Counted from the stretch's first letter, positions 1-9,787 are shown. The stretch is DNA of 59,884 bases from Rhodospirillaceae bacterium (GCA_002724395.1 PBOR01000022.1:16292-76175); one strand, 5' to 3'. The notes: generated by a model not told the origin, from the sequence alone. A program made the numbers and translations.

Positions 1-567
1 AATACGTCTGCAGAAGTCAAAGCCGAAGCTGATGTGTGTTGCACATCGGGAAATGCAGTTAGAGTGGTTGAAGGTTTGGGAGTTGATAGAGTCATTTTCA
101 TTCCAGACGAATACCTCGCCAAGCATGTGGCCGGCCAAACAAACAAGGTTGAGATCATCGCCTGGAAGGGTCATTGCGAAGTCCATGAGCGTTTCACCGC
201 AGATGAAATTAAAGACTACCGTAAAGGCTTTGAGGGCCTCGTAGTCATTGCACACCCAGAATGCCCACCCGATGTTTTGGGTGAAGCGGACTTCGTGGGT
301 TCTACTGCTGGAATGATCGATTATGTAGGAGATAGTCGTCCATCAAAAGTCCTTATGGTTACCGAATGCTCTATGAGCGATAACGTGGCAGCCGAGTATC
401 CCGAGTTAGAATTCGTGAGACCGTGTAATCTATGTCCACATATGAAACAAATTACACTGCCAAAAATCCTGACGTCCCTCGAAACTCTTTCGCCGAGCAT
501 TGAAGTCGACCCTGTTGTGGCAGATCGCGCCCGACAATCAGTCGAACGTATGCTCGAATTGAGCTAG
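1..567 (+). CDS. nadA: Quinolinate synthase A (5'-truncated by window edge)
   Basis: Frame open from base 1 ([19 protein letters not shown]); motifs PDEYLA, GHCEVH, AHPEC, TECSM, CPHMK; directly upstream of nadC. Confidence 0.95.
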   Translation, partial: NTSAEVKAEADVCCTSGNAVRVVEGLGVDRVIFIPDEYLAKHVAGQTNKVEIIAWKGHCEVHERFTADEIKDYRKGFEGLVVIAHPECPPDVLGEADFVGSTAGMIDYVGDSRPSKVLMVTECSMSDNVAAEYPELEFVRPCNLCPHMKQITLPKILTSLETLSPSIEVDPVVADRARQSVERMLELS

Positions 568-590
568 CGCTGGCAATCGGCAACAAACCC

Positions 591-1454
591 ATGCCGACCA
601 GTATCCCGCCCCTCCCGCTCGTTTTATATGAAAAACAAGTACGCCTAGCGCTCGAAGAAGACCTTGGCAGGGCTGGTGATATAACAACCGATGCAATTAT
701 TGATTCGGAAGAACACAGTAATGCGCATTTCGTCGCTCGCCAAGATGGTGTGATAGCCGGTCTCGATTTAGCTGCATTGACCTTTTCTCTGCTCGATACA
801 AACGCAAGGCTCAATAAAACTGCAGCCGATGGCGCATGCGTCAGATCTGGCGATCTGATTGCTACCGTAACCGGAACTACTCGTGCTTTGTTAATGGGCG
901 AACGGACGGCGCTCAATTTCCTTGGGCGATTGTGTGGCATCGCAACCGCGACAGCTGAAATGGTATCGGCCGTCGCGGCATATGAAACCGATATTGTATG
1001 TACTCGCAAAACTACGCCAGGACATCGCATTTTGGAAAAGTATGCGGTGCGCGTCGGCGGCGGTATCAACCATCGTTTTGGGCTGGATGACGCAATGCTG
1101 ATTAAAGATAATCATGTGATTGCCGCTGGTGGAATAGTCCCTGCACTTCAGCGCGCACGTGCAGCGGTTGGACATCTGGTGAAAATAGAAATCGAGGTCG
1201 ACACGTTAGACCAATTAGATAATGTACTAAGATTACATCCAAATGGGGCGGATGTTGTGATGTTGGATAATTTTTCCGCCGCCGAAGTAAAAGAGGCTGT
1301 GAAACGTATTAACGGTCGCCTACTCACAGAGATTTCCGGTGGTATCACATTGTCGAGCGTCGCCGAATTAGCAGCAGCGGGCGCAGATCTGATTTCATCT
1401 GGGGCCCTAACCCATAGCGTCAAAACGCTCGATATCGGCCTAGACTTCGACTAA
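591..1454 (+). CDS. nadC: Quinolinate phosphoribosyltransferase (decarboxylating)
   Basis: EDLGRAGDIT, GERTALN, TRKTTPG, HRFGLDDAMLIKDNH, EIEVD, MLDN, SGGI, GALTHS motifs. Confidence 0.96.
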   Translation: MPTSIPPLPLVLYEKQVRLALEEDLGRAGDITTDAIIDSEEHSNAHFVARQDGVIAGLDLAALTFSLLDTNARLNKTAADGACVRSGDLIATVTGTTRALLMGERTALNFLGRLCGIATATAEMVSAVAAYETDIVCTRKTTPGHRILEKYAVRVGGGINHRFGLDDAMLIKDNHVIAAGGIVPALQRARAAVGHLVKIEIEVDTLDQLDNVLRLHPNGADVVMLDNFSAAEVKEAVKRINGRLLTEISGGITLSSVAELAAAGADLISSGALTHSVKTLDIGLDFD

Positions 1455-1720
1455 CTCAAAAAAAAAATTAAGTAGTTTATTAGTCCTACCCTAGGAACTC
1501 GTATGTGGTGCAGCTGAGCCGTTAAAGAGCCTGACAACTTGCTTGTAAAACACAATATGGGTGCGATGACTAACCAGCGCATTCTCAAAATTCCATTCAC
1601 CTATGAGGGCAAGCTGAAAGCCATCATTTAAATTCGAGGTGCGATTAAATACAGACTATCATAAATCAAGACTGAATCGCACGCCCGGAGGCAATATATC
1701 GTTATAGGTTAAAATTAAGC

Positions 1721-2590
1721 CTAGTTGGCCATCAAAACCGGAATTTCCGAGTTCCACAGAATATAATCAGTCGCACCTCCAAATATCATTTGCCGGATAC
1801 GGCTCTGTGTATAGGCCCCTTTGACTAACAAATCTGAACCAATTTGTTTTGCTTCGTCCAAAAAAACCTTGCCGGGACTCTCCTTGGAACGGTCCACGTG
1901 TTTATAATCTAAGTCAATTTCAATGCCATTACGTTCAAGCTGACCAGCCAATGCTTGAGCACTAGGACCTGGTACACCAAAATCCTCAATCGTGATGATC
2001 GTGACCTTCTTTGCACGGTTAATAAAGGGCATACTAAAGGCAATAGTGCGCGCGGTTTCTGTGCTTCCATTCCAAGCAATCGCTATGTGCTCGTCTAATT
2101 TTGTAGGCGAATTCGGAGGTGCAATCAGAATAGGTTTTCCGCCTTCAAACAGCGCTGCCTCAAGAATACTCATCGCGGCTATATTAGCACCTTTCTTCGG
2201 CCGAGCTACCACAGTTAAATCAAATACTCGGCTGCGACCACCTACAATCTCTGAATTCGGCGACTCTTCTTCAACCCAATTAGCCTGAGGCGTATTTTGC
2301 GGCAATTGAGGCTCACCCAAAGGGATATTATTATCTGCCATGAATTCTTTAAACTGTTTATGTACCTGTTCACGCCGGTCACGGTCTTGTTGCTCTACGC
2401 TTTCCACAAGCTCTGGCGTCGTCACTACCAAGCCTTCACCGGCCACCATCATCGCACTAGCTGCGGTCGGCTGATAATAAAGGCCTTCGATATAACTCCC
2501 AAAAAGTTTTGCCGTAAGCAACGCGGTATGAAGGATTGCGTCTAATCCATCGCTTTCCTCGATAGGTACTAATATAGTCTTCATTGTCAT
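1721..2590 (-). CDS. Tandem-domain universal stress protein
   Basis: MKTILVP start, IAWNGSTETAR, DLLVKGAY...IFGGATDYIL...PVLMA C-terminus; start placed at MTMKT behind AGGGGA (ORF track begins 2614). Confidence 0.85.
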   Translation of the reverse strand: MTMKTILVPIEESDGLDAILHTALLTAKLFGSYIEGLYYQPTAASAMMVAGEGLVVTTPELVESVEQQDRDRREQVHKQFKEFMADNNIPLGEPQLPQNTPQANWVEEESPNSEIVGGRSRVFDLTVVARPKKGANIAAMSILEAALFEGGKPILIAPPNSPTKLDEHIAIAWNGSTETARTIAFSMPFINRAKKVTIITIEDFGVPGPSAQALAGQLERNGIEIDLDYKHVDRSKESPGKVFLDEAKQIGSDLLVKGAYTQSRIRQMIFGGATDYILWNSEIPVLMAN

Positions 2591-2912
2591 CACATTTCCC
2601 CTATCCGCGTCCATAAACTGTAATGCTAGATAAAACTTTAGCGTATCCCTTAGTGTTGGTCACGCAGAAGCTGACCTCTTTATAACTACTTACTCGTCAA
2701 GCGTTCACATTCTGCGCTCAGTAAAAAATAGCCTCTGCCGTCTTCAAGCGCTGTAATTTGTCTCACATGAAAAAGTCGAAGCGTTTTCTTATCTGGGTTG
2801 ACTTAGCGTTATTCAAAAAAGGATATTTGCCAAAACGCAAACAGCTAGGAACGTCTGAATCGTTTGTACCGGCGTTTGCCGAATCTTGTCTTTCTTCAGG
2901 CCTGCAGGCAAC

Positions 2913-3233
2913 CTACTGAGACGATGTCTCAGTTTTAATCCAGTTCAAAAATGCCAAATTACCCCCCGTTATCGGCCAGTTAACTACACAGGGACATTCA
3001 TAAGAGTGCAAAGATATAACGCGCTCAGTTACGGCTTTGATATTAGCCTTGGTAGTTTTCAGTAACAGCAACACTTCTTGACTTTGCTCGATACTATCTT
3101 TCCAGCGATAAATCGATATCATACCCGGTAATATATTCGCGCATGCTACCAAATGTTCATCGACTAAGGTTTGAGAAATGTTGAACGCCTCTGTTTCATT
3201 CGGCGCAATCACATAAATCATATGGGCAGTCAT
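2913..3233 (-). CDS. cutA: Divalent-cation tolerance protein CutA
   Basis: LVACANI, SIYRW, E-x-LLLLKT, HSYECP, FLNWI motifs; 106 aa. Confidence 0.92.
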   Translation of the reverse strand: MTAHMIYVIAPNETEAFNISQTLVDEHLVACANILPGMISIYRWKDSIEQSQEVLLLLKTTKANIKAVTERVISLHSYECPCVVNWPITGGNLAFLNWIKTETSSQ

Positions 3234-3312
3234 GCTATCCCCCTTGGCGGCTCCATCATTCTACCATACCATCCACTGGTAATACCGCAGAGACAAGCGG
3301 AAGCAGGAGAAC

Positions 3313-3594
3313 ATGAGTCCAACTATAAAAACGGAACAAAGAGGAAAATACATCGGAAATAGGCGTGTACGTCCAACTCGAGGTCAAATTGACTGGTTGC
3401 GGCAAGGGTTGCAGCAACCAGGAGGGAAACTGCCGCTCTTCGATCATTTTGGGCAGAAAGTAAGTGACCGGACTGTAAAAAGTTGTATTCAGCAGGGCTG
3501 GGCCGAACCCTGGTTTGACAATCCCATAAAACCCGATTGGCTTATTTGCAAACTGACAGATAGCGGACGTAAACTTGCAGAGAACGCAGACTAA
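3313..3594 (+). CDS. Small hypothetical protein
   Basis: AGGAG RBS before ATG; 93 aa with protein-like WLRQGLQQPGGKLPLFD and WAEPWF...WLICKLTDSG; fills gap between cutA and HAD gene. Confidence 0.75.
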   Translation: MSPTIKTEQRGKYIGNRRVRPTRGQIDWLRQGLQQPGGKLPLFDHFGQKVSDRTVKSCIQQGWAEPWFDNPIKPDWLICKLTDSGRKLAENAD

Positions 3595-3646
3595 TACGGA
3601 TAATCGCAATGCCCTTTTAATAAATGATGCCCTCTGCGTTTGGCGC

Positions 3647-4330
3647 CTAGAGCGCGGGAAGAAAGTCCAAAACACCACGTAAGTTATTACCCTGATGGTT
3701 CGGTGCGTAACGCGTGTCAAGCATACTATCCGAACTTCGATTGGACCAATAGCAAGCGATACCGTATGACCTTGCGCCAAGCACATCATTGCCGCTTCCA
3801 GCTACGTGTAGCACCTCTTCCGCATTTACATTCAACATACGAATTGGCAGTTCATAGACCGATGGGTGCGGCTTATAAGCGCCAGCGGTTTCAGAAGATA
3901 ATACAATTTCAATATCATCTCCAAACGCGCGCGCGAGTGTATCTAGCATATCCTGATCTCCATTGGAGAGTATGGCAGTTCGATACCCTCGTTGTTTAAC
4001 CTCTGCGACAACTGCGCAAGCCTCTGGCCAGGGCCGGATACTATCCCAGGCAAATACCAATTGCTCTCGAACATCATCCGAAATTTTACGGCCTTTTAGC
4101 CGAAGCACATAATCAAGTGCCTGTCTCGTACATTCTCGGAACGACGTACGCTCTTTACCTAATGAATTACTCGCGGCAGCACGTTCCATCTGTTTAGCTC
4201 GCCAAAGCCGCACAGTAGGGGATGCATCCTCAAGGGACAGATCGAGCAACTCGGAAACTACGGGCGTCATGGTGCCTTGGATATCGATAAGCGCCATATA
4301 CACGTCGAATGTTACCAGTTTAAAAGCCAA
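3647..4330 (-). CDS. HAD-superfamily hydrolase, haloacid dehalogenase type II-like
   Basis: FDVY, WRAKQ, ILSNG, YKPHPSVY, HVAG..DV.GA motifs; TTG start 2 bp after upstream stop. Confidence 0.85.
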   Translation of the reverse strand: MAFKLVTFDVYMALIDIQGTMTPVVSELLDLSLEDASPTVRLWRAKQMERAAASNSLGKERTSFRECTRQALDYVLRLKGRKISDDVREQLVFAWDSIRPWPEACAVVAEVKQRGYRTAILSNGDQDMLDTLARAFGDDIEIVLSSETAGAYKPHPSVYELPIRMLNVNAEEVLHVAGSGNDVLGARSYGIACYWSNRSSDSMLDTRYAPNHQGNNLRGVLDFLPAL

Positions 4331-4332
4331 GA

Positions 4333-5118
4333 CTAATTTCTCCGCCCAATACGCGACTTCAGCATCAAGATAACCGTGAAGACCGCCATCGACGCTACTA
4401 GATGCTTGAGAGAGTGCCCACTAACGACACCACCTAATAAGGCATAAATCGAATGGTCCAGCACTTCCAATATTTTTGCAAGAACATACCAGCCGACCAT
4501 TAAAAGCATGTGTTTTGTAGTAGTGTAATGGGATTTCGGAAATAGCCAACAAAGCAACGGCAACGTTATGATTGGATAAATCTGCACCAACGCATAAAAG
4601 CGCAGATCGCCCCCTTGCCCGATATGGCTTAAATCCCACAACAAGCTTCCACTAGCGAACACTATTAAAGAGGGCATAAAGCAAAAAACCCCCATTTTTT
4701 GACCTATACGATCCGCAAGAAAAGCCGCAAAAAGTCCCATGAATGCGATCGCGATGGGTACCCGGTCCCAAAAGAGGGGGCCATTTGCCGGCGCCCAGTG
4801 ATAATAGCTAGAACCAATTGTGATTGCGCTAACCGCGCCAAAAAAAATCACATAGGGCACAGCGTGGTATCTAGTTTCAAAGATAGTTCGTCCACTGGAT
4901 CCAAATACGAGCCATAGCCCCATCAGTCCGAAAATACCAAAAGGCAGATTTGACACTACATCACTAAAGTTTGGGATACCCCATATTGATCTTCGGGCTG
5001 CAAATTTATGATAGTTGGGGTCCACTGGTAAGGGCTCCAACAAAAGAGCACCCACCATGAGCACTATTAAAATACCGACTAGAATACTGATCTTCTCTTT
5101 ATTCAATAATGATTTCAT
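4333..5118 (-). CDS. Alkaline ceramidase-like (CREST superfamily) membrane hydrolase
   Basis: About 7 hydrophobic segments; PNFSDVVSNLPF, GSSYYH, WDRVP, SGHSLKH metal-ligand motifs. Confidence 0.75.
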   Translation of the reverse strand: MKSLLNKEKISILVGILIVLMVGALLLEPLPVDPNYHKFAARRSIWGIPNFSDVVSNLPFGIFGLMGLWLVFGSSGRTIFETRYHAVPYVIFFGAVSAITIGSSYYHWAPANGPLFWDRVPIAIAFMGLFAAFLADRIGQKMGVFCFMPSLIVFASGSLLWDLSHIGQGGDLRFYALVQIYPIITLPLLCWLFPKSHYTTTKHMLLMVGWYVLAKILEVLDHSIYALLGGVVSGHSLKHLVASMAVFTVILMLKSRIGRRN

Positions 5119-5178
5119 GGTCGTTAGAATACTTTGGGCAGCCTCCTGAGAAAATACGACTTGCGCCCTCTGAGGCTA

Positions 5179-5255
5179 TGGTCGGGGCGGCAGGGTTCGA
5201 ACCTGCGACCTTTCGACCCCCAGTCGAATGCGCTACCAGACTGCGCCACGCCCCG
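5179..5255 (-). tRNA. tRNA-Pro(GGG)
   Basis: Minus strand CGGGGCGTGGCGCAGTCTGGTAGCGCA-TTCGA-CTGGGGG-TCGAA-AGGTCGCAGGTTCGAACCCTGCCGCCCCGACCA; 77 nt, GTTCGAA T-loop, encoded CCA; usual position after ihfA-merR. Confidence 0.97.
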
Positions 5256-5362
5256 ATCAACATCGCCGAAAAAGTTCTTTGCTTAGACGGTTGTACTCTA
5301 CAGGCGGGGTTTAACAACAGCAATGACAGATAACAATTAAACGCTTGGACAATTAAAATTAT

Positions 5363-5836
5363 CTAACGTTCTATACCTTCCCGAATCGTTTGGAGGTCCT
5401 TTAACACGGCCTCGAGAGCGCGGCGTTTCTCTGCCCCTATACCGTTTGGATCAATCTCAGTTTTTATCACAGCAGAGGACTGTAAAGACTCTGGGCCGGC
5501 CCCATGTTGAATGGTCGGATGCACCACCAAATCCTCTTCGCAAGACGCCTGCCTTGCTTGTAGTAAAACCGTTCGCATGCCCTTTTCGCCTAATAGCCGC
5601 TGGACGCCTCGAATTGTATAACCATCGTCATAAAGGAGAGAACGAATGTGCTTTAATAGCGCCACGTCGTCTGGGCGGTAGTAACGTCGACCACCGCCGC
5701 GCTTCATCGGTTTAACTTGATTAAATTTAGTTTCCCAAAAGCGCAGTACATGCTGAGGCACATCGATATCATCAGAAACTTCACTAATTGTACGGAAAGC
5801 TTCTGCCGATTTACCACCGACCTTATTGATCATCAC
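5363..5836 (-). CDS. MerR-family transcriptional regulator (ihfA-linked)
   Basis: AFRTISEV...[10 protein letters not shown]...[11 protein letters not shown]...GYTIRGVQ. Confidence 0.9.
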   Translation of the reverse strand: MMINKVGGKSAEAFRTISEVSDDIDVPQHVLRFWETKFNQVKPMKRGGGRRYYRPDDVALLKHIRSLLYDDGYTIRGVQRLLGEKGMRTVLLQARQASCEEDLVVHPTIQHGAGPESLQSSAVIKTEIDPNGIGAEKRRALEAVLKDLQTIREGIER

Positions 5837-6222
5837 TAGACGTTAGAGCCGCCAGAACCCTGATCACCAAATGACGGTGGAGATGTTGTAGACGGCGCGG
5901 TTTCAACCGCGCGCTGAAGGCGATCTTGATAGCCGTCATCAATGACTTTTTTCAGAACATGGCTTGGGCGAAACACCAAAACTCGGCGCGGCAAAATAGG
6001 CACTTCCTCTCCGGTCTTTGGGTTACGACCAACTCGCTGGCTTTTCTGACGCACGAAAAAACTGCCAAAAGATGATATCTTCACCATCTCATCGCGCATT
6101 AGTGCATCAGAAATTTCACCCAAAACAGATTCGACCAAATCCGCAGATTCATTTCGCGACAATCCAACCTCTTGATAAACAGCTTCTGTGAGCTCAGCAC
6201 GTGTCACGGTGTCGTCTGTCAT
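5836..6222 (-). CDS. ihfA: Integration host factor alpha subunit
   Basis: [40 protein letters not shown]; start at ATG 6222 (ORF track over-extends to 6288). Confidence 0.95.
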   Translation of the reverse strand: MTDDTVTRAELTEAVYQEVGLSRNESADLVESVLGEISDALMRDEMVKISSFGSFFVRQKSQRVGRNPKTGEEVPILPRRVLVFRPSHVLKKVIDDGYQDRLQRAVETAPSTTSPPSFGDQGSGGSNV

Positions 6223-6352
6223 TTTACCCCCCCCTTTTTTCGCACTCCACCAACACCATAGCGTAGCGGGCACCGAAAGCGTAGTCAATTACTTAACTAT
6301 AGGAAAATGCCTAAAAGTCTTTAGGCAACAAGAATATAGGACTTTCTTGATC

Positions 6353-7324
6353 CTACCAACGAACAAGCGCCGAACCCCATGTGAAGCCGCCACCCATCGC
6401 CGTTAGGGATATTAAATCACCCGAACAAAAACGGCCCTTAGACTCTGCATCCGCTAAAGCTAACGGTATAGTTGCAGCCGAGGTATTCGCCTGTTGATCG
6501 ACGGTAACTATAATCTTTGATTTTTCGATAGAAAGTTTCTTTGCTACACTATCCATAATACGCATATTAGCTTGGTGGGGAACAAGCCAATCAACATCAC
6601 CAATCAAAAAACCGTTTCTTGAAAGAGACGTCTCTACCGCTTCAGCCATCCGCACAGCAGCGTGTTTGAATACTTCCCGCCCTTCCATTTTGACAACGCC
6701 GGCTTTGCCGTTAGTCGAAGGGCCACCATCAGTGCATAAATGCTCGTAATAATCACCATCAGCATAGATATGTGTCGACAAAACACCTCTGTCGGTATTC
6801 TGTCCATCGCCATCCTCTGTTCCCAACACAACAGCCCCAGCACCATCACCAAATAAGACGCACGTGCCACGGTCGTTCCAATCAACAATGCGGCTAAAAC
6901 ATTCCGATCCGATTAGCAGCGCTTTATTGGCTTGGCCAAGGCGCAACATATTATCCGTTGTATTCAGCGCATAGATAAACCCCGAACATGCTGCTTGAAC
7001 ATCGAACGCGGCGCCCTGTTTGATACCCAATTTGGACTGCACGCGGGTTGCAACGGCTGGGAAGGTATTATCTGGTGTCGCCGTCGCTACGATAACTAGA
7101 TCAATCTCACTGGCATCAAGCGAAGCCCGCTTCAAGGCAACTTTTGCAGCCTCTATCGCCAAATCAGATGTATTTTCATCCTCAAAAGCGATATGACGCT
7201 GACGAATACCCGTCCGCTGCGTTATCCATTCATCGGAGGTATCAAGGCGGTTAGCAAGATCGTCGTTGGTAACGATCTTCTCAGGAAGGTAAGAACCACA
7301 TCCCAAAAAAACTGAACGCCTCAT
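6353..7324 (-). CDS. fabH: 3-oxoacyl-ACP synthase III
   Basis: DTSDEWITQRTGI, AACSGF (Cys), FGDGAGA, VPHQAN (His), NTSAA (Asn), GGGFTWG; start at MRRSV. Confidence 0.96.
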   Translation of the reverse strand: MRRSVFLGCGSYLPEKIVTNDDLANRLDTSDEWITQRTGIRQRHIAFEDENTSDLAIEAAKVALKRASLDASEIDLVIVATATPDNTFPAVATRVQSKLGIKQGAAFDVQAACSGFIYALNTTDNMLRLGQANKALLIGSECFSRIVDWNDRGTCVLFGDGAGAVVLGTEDGDGQNTDRGVLSTHIYADGDYYEHLCTDGGPSTNGKAGVVKMEGREVFKHAAVRMAEAVETSLSRNGFLIGDVDWLVPHQANMRIMDSVAKKLSIEKSKIIVTVDQQANTSAATIPLALADAESKGRFCSGDLISLTAMGGGFTWGSALVRW

Positions 7325-7325
7325 T

Positions 7326-8375
7326 TTAGCTAACCGCTGCCTTGTTTGCCGATGCTTCATTGCCATCCAACAAATCAAAATCAGTTGCAATCATATCGAG
7401 AAATTCATTAGACACAAGGTCGGCGGCCACTTCAATTGCACTCGCAAAACCAAAATCGTCAGTCCCGCCATGGCTTTTTACAACGATGCCATTCAACCCG
7501 AGCAACATAGCACCATTATATCTGCGCGGATCCGTTCGTTTCCGAAGGTTCTCAATTTCCCTTTTTGCCAACAAATATCCAGTCTTTGCGACCAAACTGC
7601 TACCAAATGCATCTTTAAGAAACCCTGCATAGAGCTTGATCATTCCTTCCGCAGTCTTCAAGGCGACATTGCCGGTAAACCCATCCGTTACAACCACATC
7701 AACAGAGCCCGCAGCTATATCATCGCCTTCTATAAAACCAACAAATTCGCCAGGCAGATCTGCTCCTCGCAGTATCGCAGCAGCTTCGCGAATTTCTTCA
7801 TGACCCTTTTGATCTTCTACACCAACATTGAGCAGACCAATTGTCGGTGTCTCTATTCCCAGTGCTGTTCGAGCGAACACCTCACCCATCACCGCAAACT
7901 GCACCAAGTTATTAGCATCGCACTGCAGATTTGCACCTAAATCCAACATACAGCTTTCGCCGCTACGCGTTGGATAAAAAGAGGTTATTGCCGGACGATC
8001 AATCCCAGGCAGCATCTTTAAGACGAACTTTGCAATCGCCATCAAAGCACCTGTATTACCAGCCGAGACCACGGATGCTGCTTCTCCATCAGCTACAGCA
8101 TTAATTGCCAACCGCATGCTGGAGTTTCGACCAGAACGCAATGCGACAGAAGGTTTTTCACTACTGGAAACTACATCTTCCGTATGACGCATTGTCGTAA
8201 CCGCTGCTAGATTCGGTTGCTCTGCGAGGAGCGGTGCCAACTGGGCTTCATCACCAACCATTAGAAAACGAATATGCGGCAGACGCACCTGCGCTATCGC
8301 CGCACCGCGCACAACCATCTCAGGAGCGTTATCGCCCCCCATGGCGTCCAAAGAGATGACAATACTATCTGACAC
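7326..8375 (-). CDS. plsX: Phosphate acyltransferase PlsX
   Basis: LDAMGGDNAP, SAGNTGA, DLGAN, DGFTGNVALK, KSHG motifs; between rpmF and fabH. Confidence 0.96.
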   Translation of the reverse strand: MSDSIVISLDAMGGDNAPEMVVRGAAIAQVRLPHIRFLMVGDEAQLAPLLAEQPNLAAVTTMRHTEDVVSSSEKPSVALRSGRNSSMRLAINAVADGEAASVVSAGNTGALMAIAKFVLKMLPGIDRPAITSFYPTRSGESCMLDLGANLQCDANNLVQFAVMGEVFARTALGIETPTIGLLNVGVEDQKGHEEIREAAAILRGADLPGEFVGFIEGDDIAAGSVDVVVTDGFTGNVALKTAEGMIKLYAGFLKDAFGSSLVAKTGYLLAKREIENLRKRTDPRRYNGAMLLGLNGIVVKSHGGTDDFGFASAIEVAADLVSNEFLDMIATDFDLLDGNEASANKAAVS

Positions 8376-8407
8376 GGGTTTGCCGATCCGGCATTATTGC
8401 CGTGATC

Positions 8408-8590
8408 CTAAGCGTTTGCCACTTCGACGACTTCTTTATCGTCATAATAGCCGCACGCCGCGCAGACATGATGCGGTCGCTTTAGCTCACCGCAATTAGG
8501 GCATTCGCCATATGTGGATGCTTTTAACGCATCGTGAGCCCGCCGCATATTGCGCCTAGATTTCGATATTTTACTTTTAGGAACAGCCAT
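8408..8590 (-). CDS. rpmF: 50S ribosomal protein L32
   Basis: [23 protein letters not shown]...[10 protein letters not shown]. Confidence 0.97.
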   Translation of the reverse strand: MAVPKSKISKSRRNMRRAHDALKASTYGECPNCGELKRPHHVCAACGYYDDKEVVEVANA

Positions 8591-8693
8591 GCTGATTCCC
8601 TTTCATAAATTCGTAATTCATTTGGATCGAATTAGCTCGGTTTAATATAGAAAGTCTAGCCCGACAGCAAGTAAAACACCCCGCCTTCTCAGA

Positions 8694-9221
8694 TCATTTT
8701 AATCGCCGCAAAGCGGCAAAGGGATGATTTTCCCCTGATTGATCCATTTTTTGGCCAAATATTATCCCGTCTGTCGGAATTTTTGCCCCCGGCGCACGAG
8801 GATATGGATCAATCGAAACCGCAAATTGTTGCGCTACGAGCTCTCCAAGATCGATGACGTTGTCTATAATTGGCTCCGGCGCATTGGGCCGGTCCACATC
8901 AATCTCCGCCGTGATTTGCTCATTGCACCCGTTGCCAAAGAACGCTTCAATGGTTTCCTCTAACAGAAGCGCAACCGGCACCAACGTAACTACACATTTT
9001 TGAATGTAAGAAGCACTGAGATTTCCTCGGACTTCCACTTCACCAGTTTTATCGGAGCGGTTAACCGTCAAGACAGCTGATAAATTCTCGAGCGATTGAA
9101 GTTCAAACCGTGCCGCAAGCGCTTTCCGTTCAGCCTCATCAGCCTCGAATGAGACTTCGAGCCCTTTTAGGTCAATTTCATCTGCGATCTGTGGACGCGA
9201 AAACTCTGCAACGTCATTCAT
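8694..9221 (-). CDS. YceD/DUF177 family protein
   Basis: QKCVVTLVP, IDLGELVAQQF..DPYPR, HPFAAL; conserved position upstream of rpmF. Confidence 0.88.
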   Translation of the reverse strand: MNDVAEFSRPQIADEIDLKGLEVSFEADEAERKALAARFELQSLENLSAVLTVNRSDKTGEVEVRGNLSASYIQKCVVTLVPVALLLEETIEAFFGNGCNEQITAEIDVDRPNAPEPIIDNVIDLGELVAQQFAVSIDPYPRAPGAKIPTDGIIFGQKMDQSGENHPFAALRRLK

Positions 9222-9787
9222 TTTGATACGTCTCTTACTTCGACTAGGTCATCGGGCTGACCGAAAACCACTGCACCAGCCTGGAGACTTTCAATGCCCA
9301 CACTGTCTAATCGATCAATTTCACGATACAAATAATCAACAACCTGTATCACTTTGCCCTCATCTGGCTTTGGTACGCTGCTATAAAGATTCCGCTTCAG
9401 AGCCTCTGCTAGAACTATCCGGTCCCCGTTCATCCCTTTGCTATAAGCATCGAAGCGTCCATAAAAACCCTCTGCAATGCGCTTTACCTTTTTCCCTACC
9501 GACAAATCTCCAACTCCCATTTCGCGTAAATTGCGATCAAGATCGTCAACCAAAACCGTCATCAACATTTGTGATAAATCGTATCCCAAAGGCTCCTTCT
9601 TAAGCCGTTGCATGACACAGAAACAGTGCAAAATAATCATGTCAAAACGTCCATTTGCCGTATCGGGTACGCCCAGTTTTTCATAAAAAAACGGAAGTCG
9701 AGCCTGCGACACAATTTTGAAATAGAGTCCCCGTGCTGCACTCTCTAGAGCGTCCGGCGCAAACCATGCTTTTAATTTCTTAAACAT
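9218..9787 (-). CDS. Ubiquinol-cytochrome c chaperone (Cbp3/UQCC1 family)
   Basis: VPDT..GRFDM..LH, DRNLREMGVGDLSVGKK, FYGR, ALKRN motifs; start placed at MFKK. Confidence 0.9.
   Translation of the reverse strand: MFKKLKAWFAPDALESAARGLYFKIVSQARLPFFYEKLGVPDTANGRFDMIILHCFCVMQRLKKEPLGYDLSQMLMTVLVDDLDRNLREMGVGDLSVGKKVKRIAEGFYGRFDAYSKGMNGDRIVLAEALKRNLYSSVPKPDEGKVIQVVDYLYREIDRLDSVGIESLQAGAVVFGQPDDLVEVRDVSK

Noticed and set aside
452-1069. 205-aa antisense ORF over nadA/nadC, and similar shadow ORFs (3256-3789, 26353-26898, 28937-29434, 48119-48601, many inside gltB)
   Set aside because: They overlap well-supported genes on the opposite strand or frame and show no recognisable motifs.
1518-1682. 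Short open frame (KEPDNLLVKHNMGA..., faintly TPR-like) and an 8-bp inverted repeat GTGCGATT/AATCGCAC between nadC and the Usp gene
   Set aside because: Under 40 codons with no convincing RBS; the repeat is short with a 28-nt spacer. Both are compatible with chance; a TBLASTX search would be needed.
1455-5178. Genomic island integrated at tRNA-Pro
   Set aside because: No integrase and no duplicated tRNA 3' end (att site) seen downstream of the tRNA.
6227-6240. A6-G8 homopolymer just upstream of ihfA as a phase-variation tract
   Set aside because: It lies outside the true CDS and is adequately explained as a purine-rich ribosome binding site.
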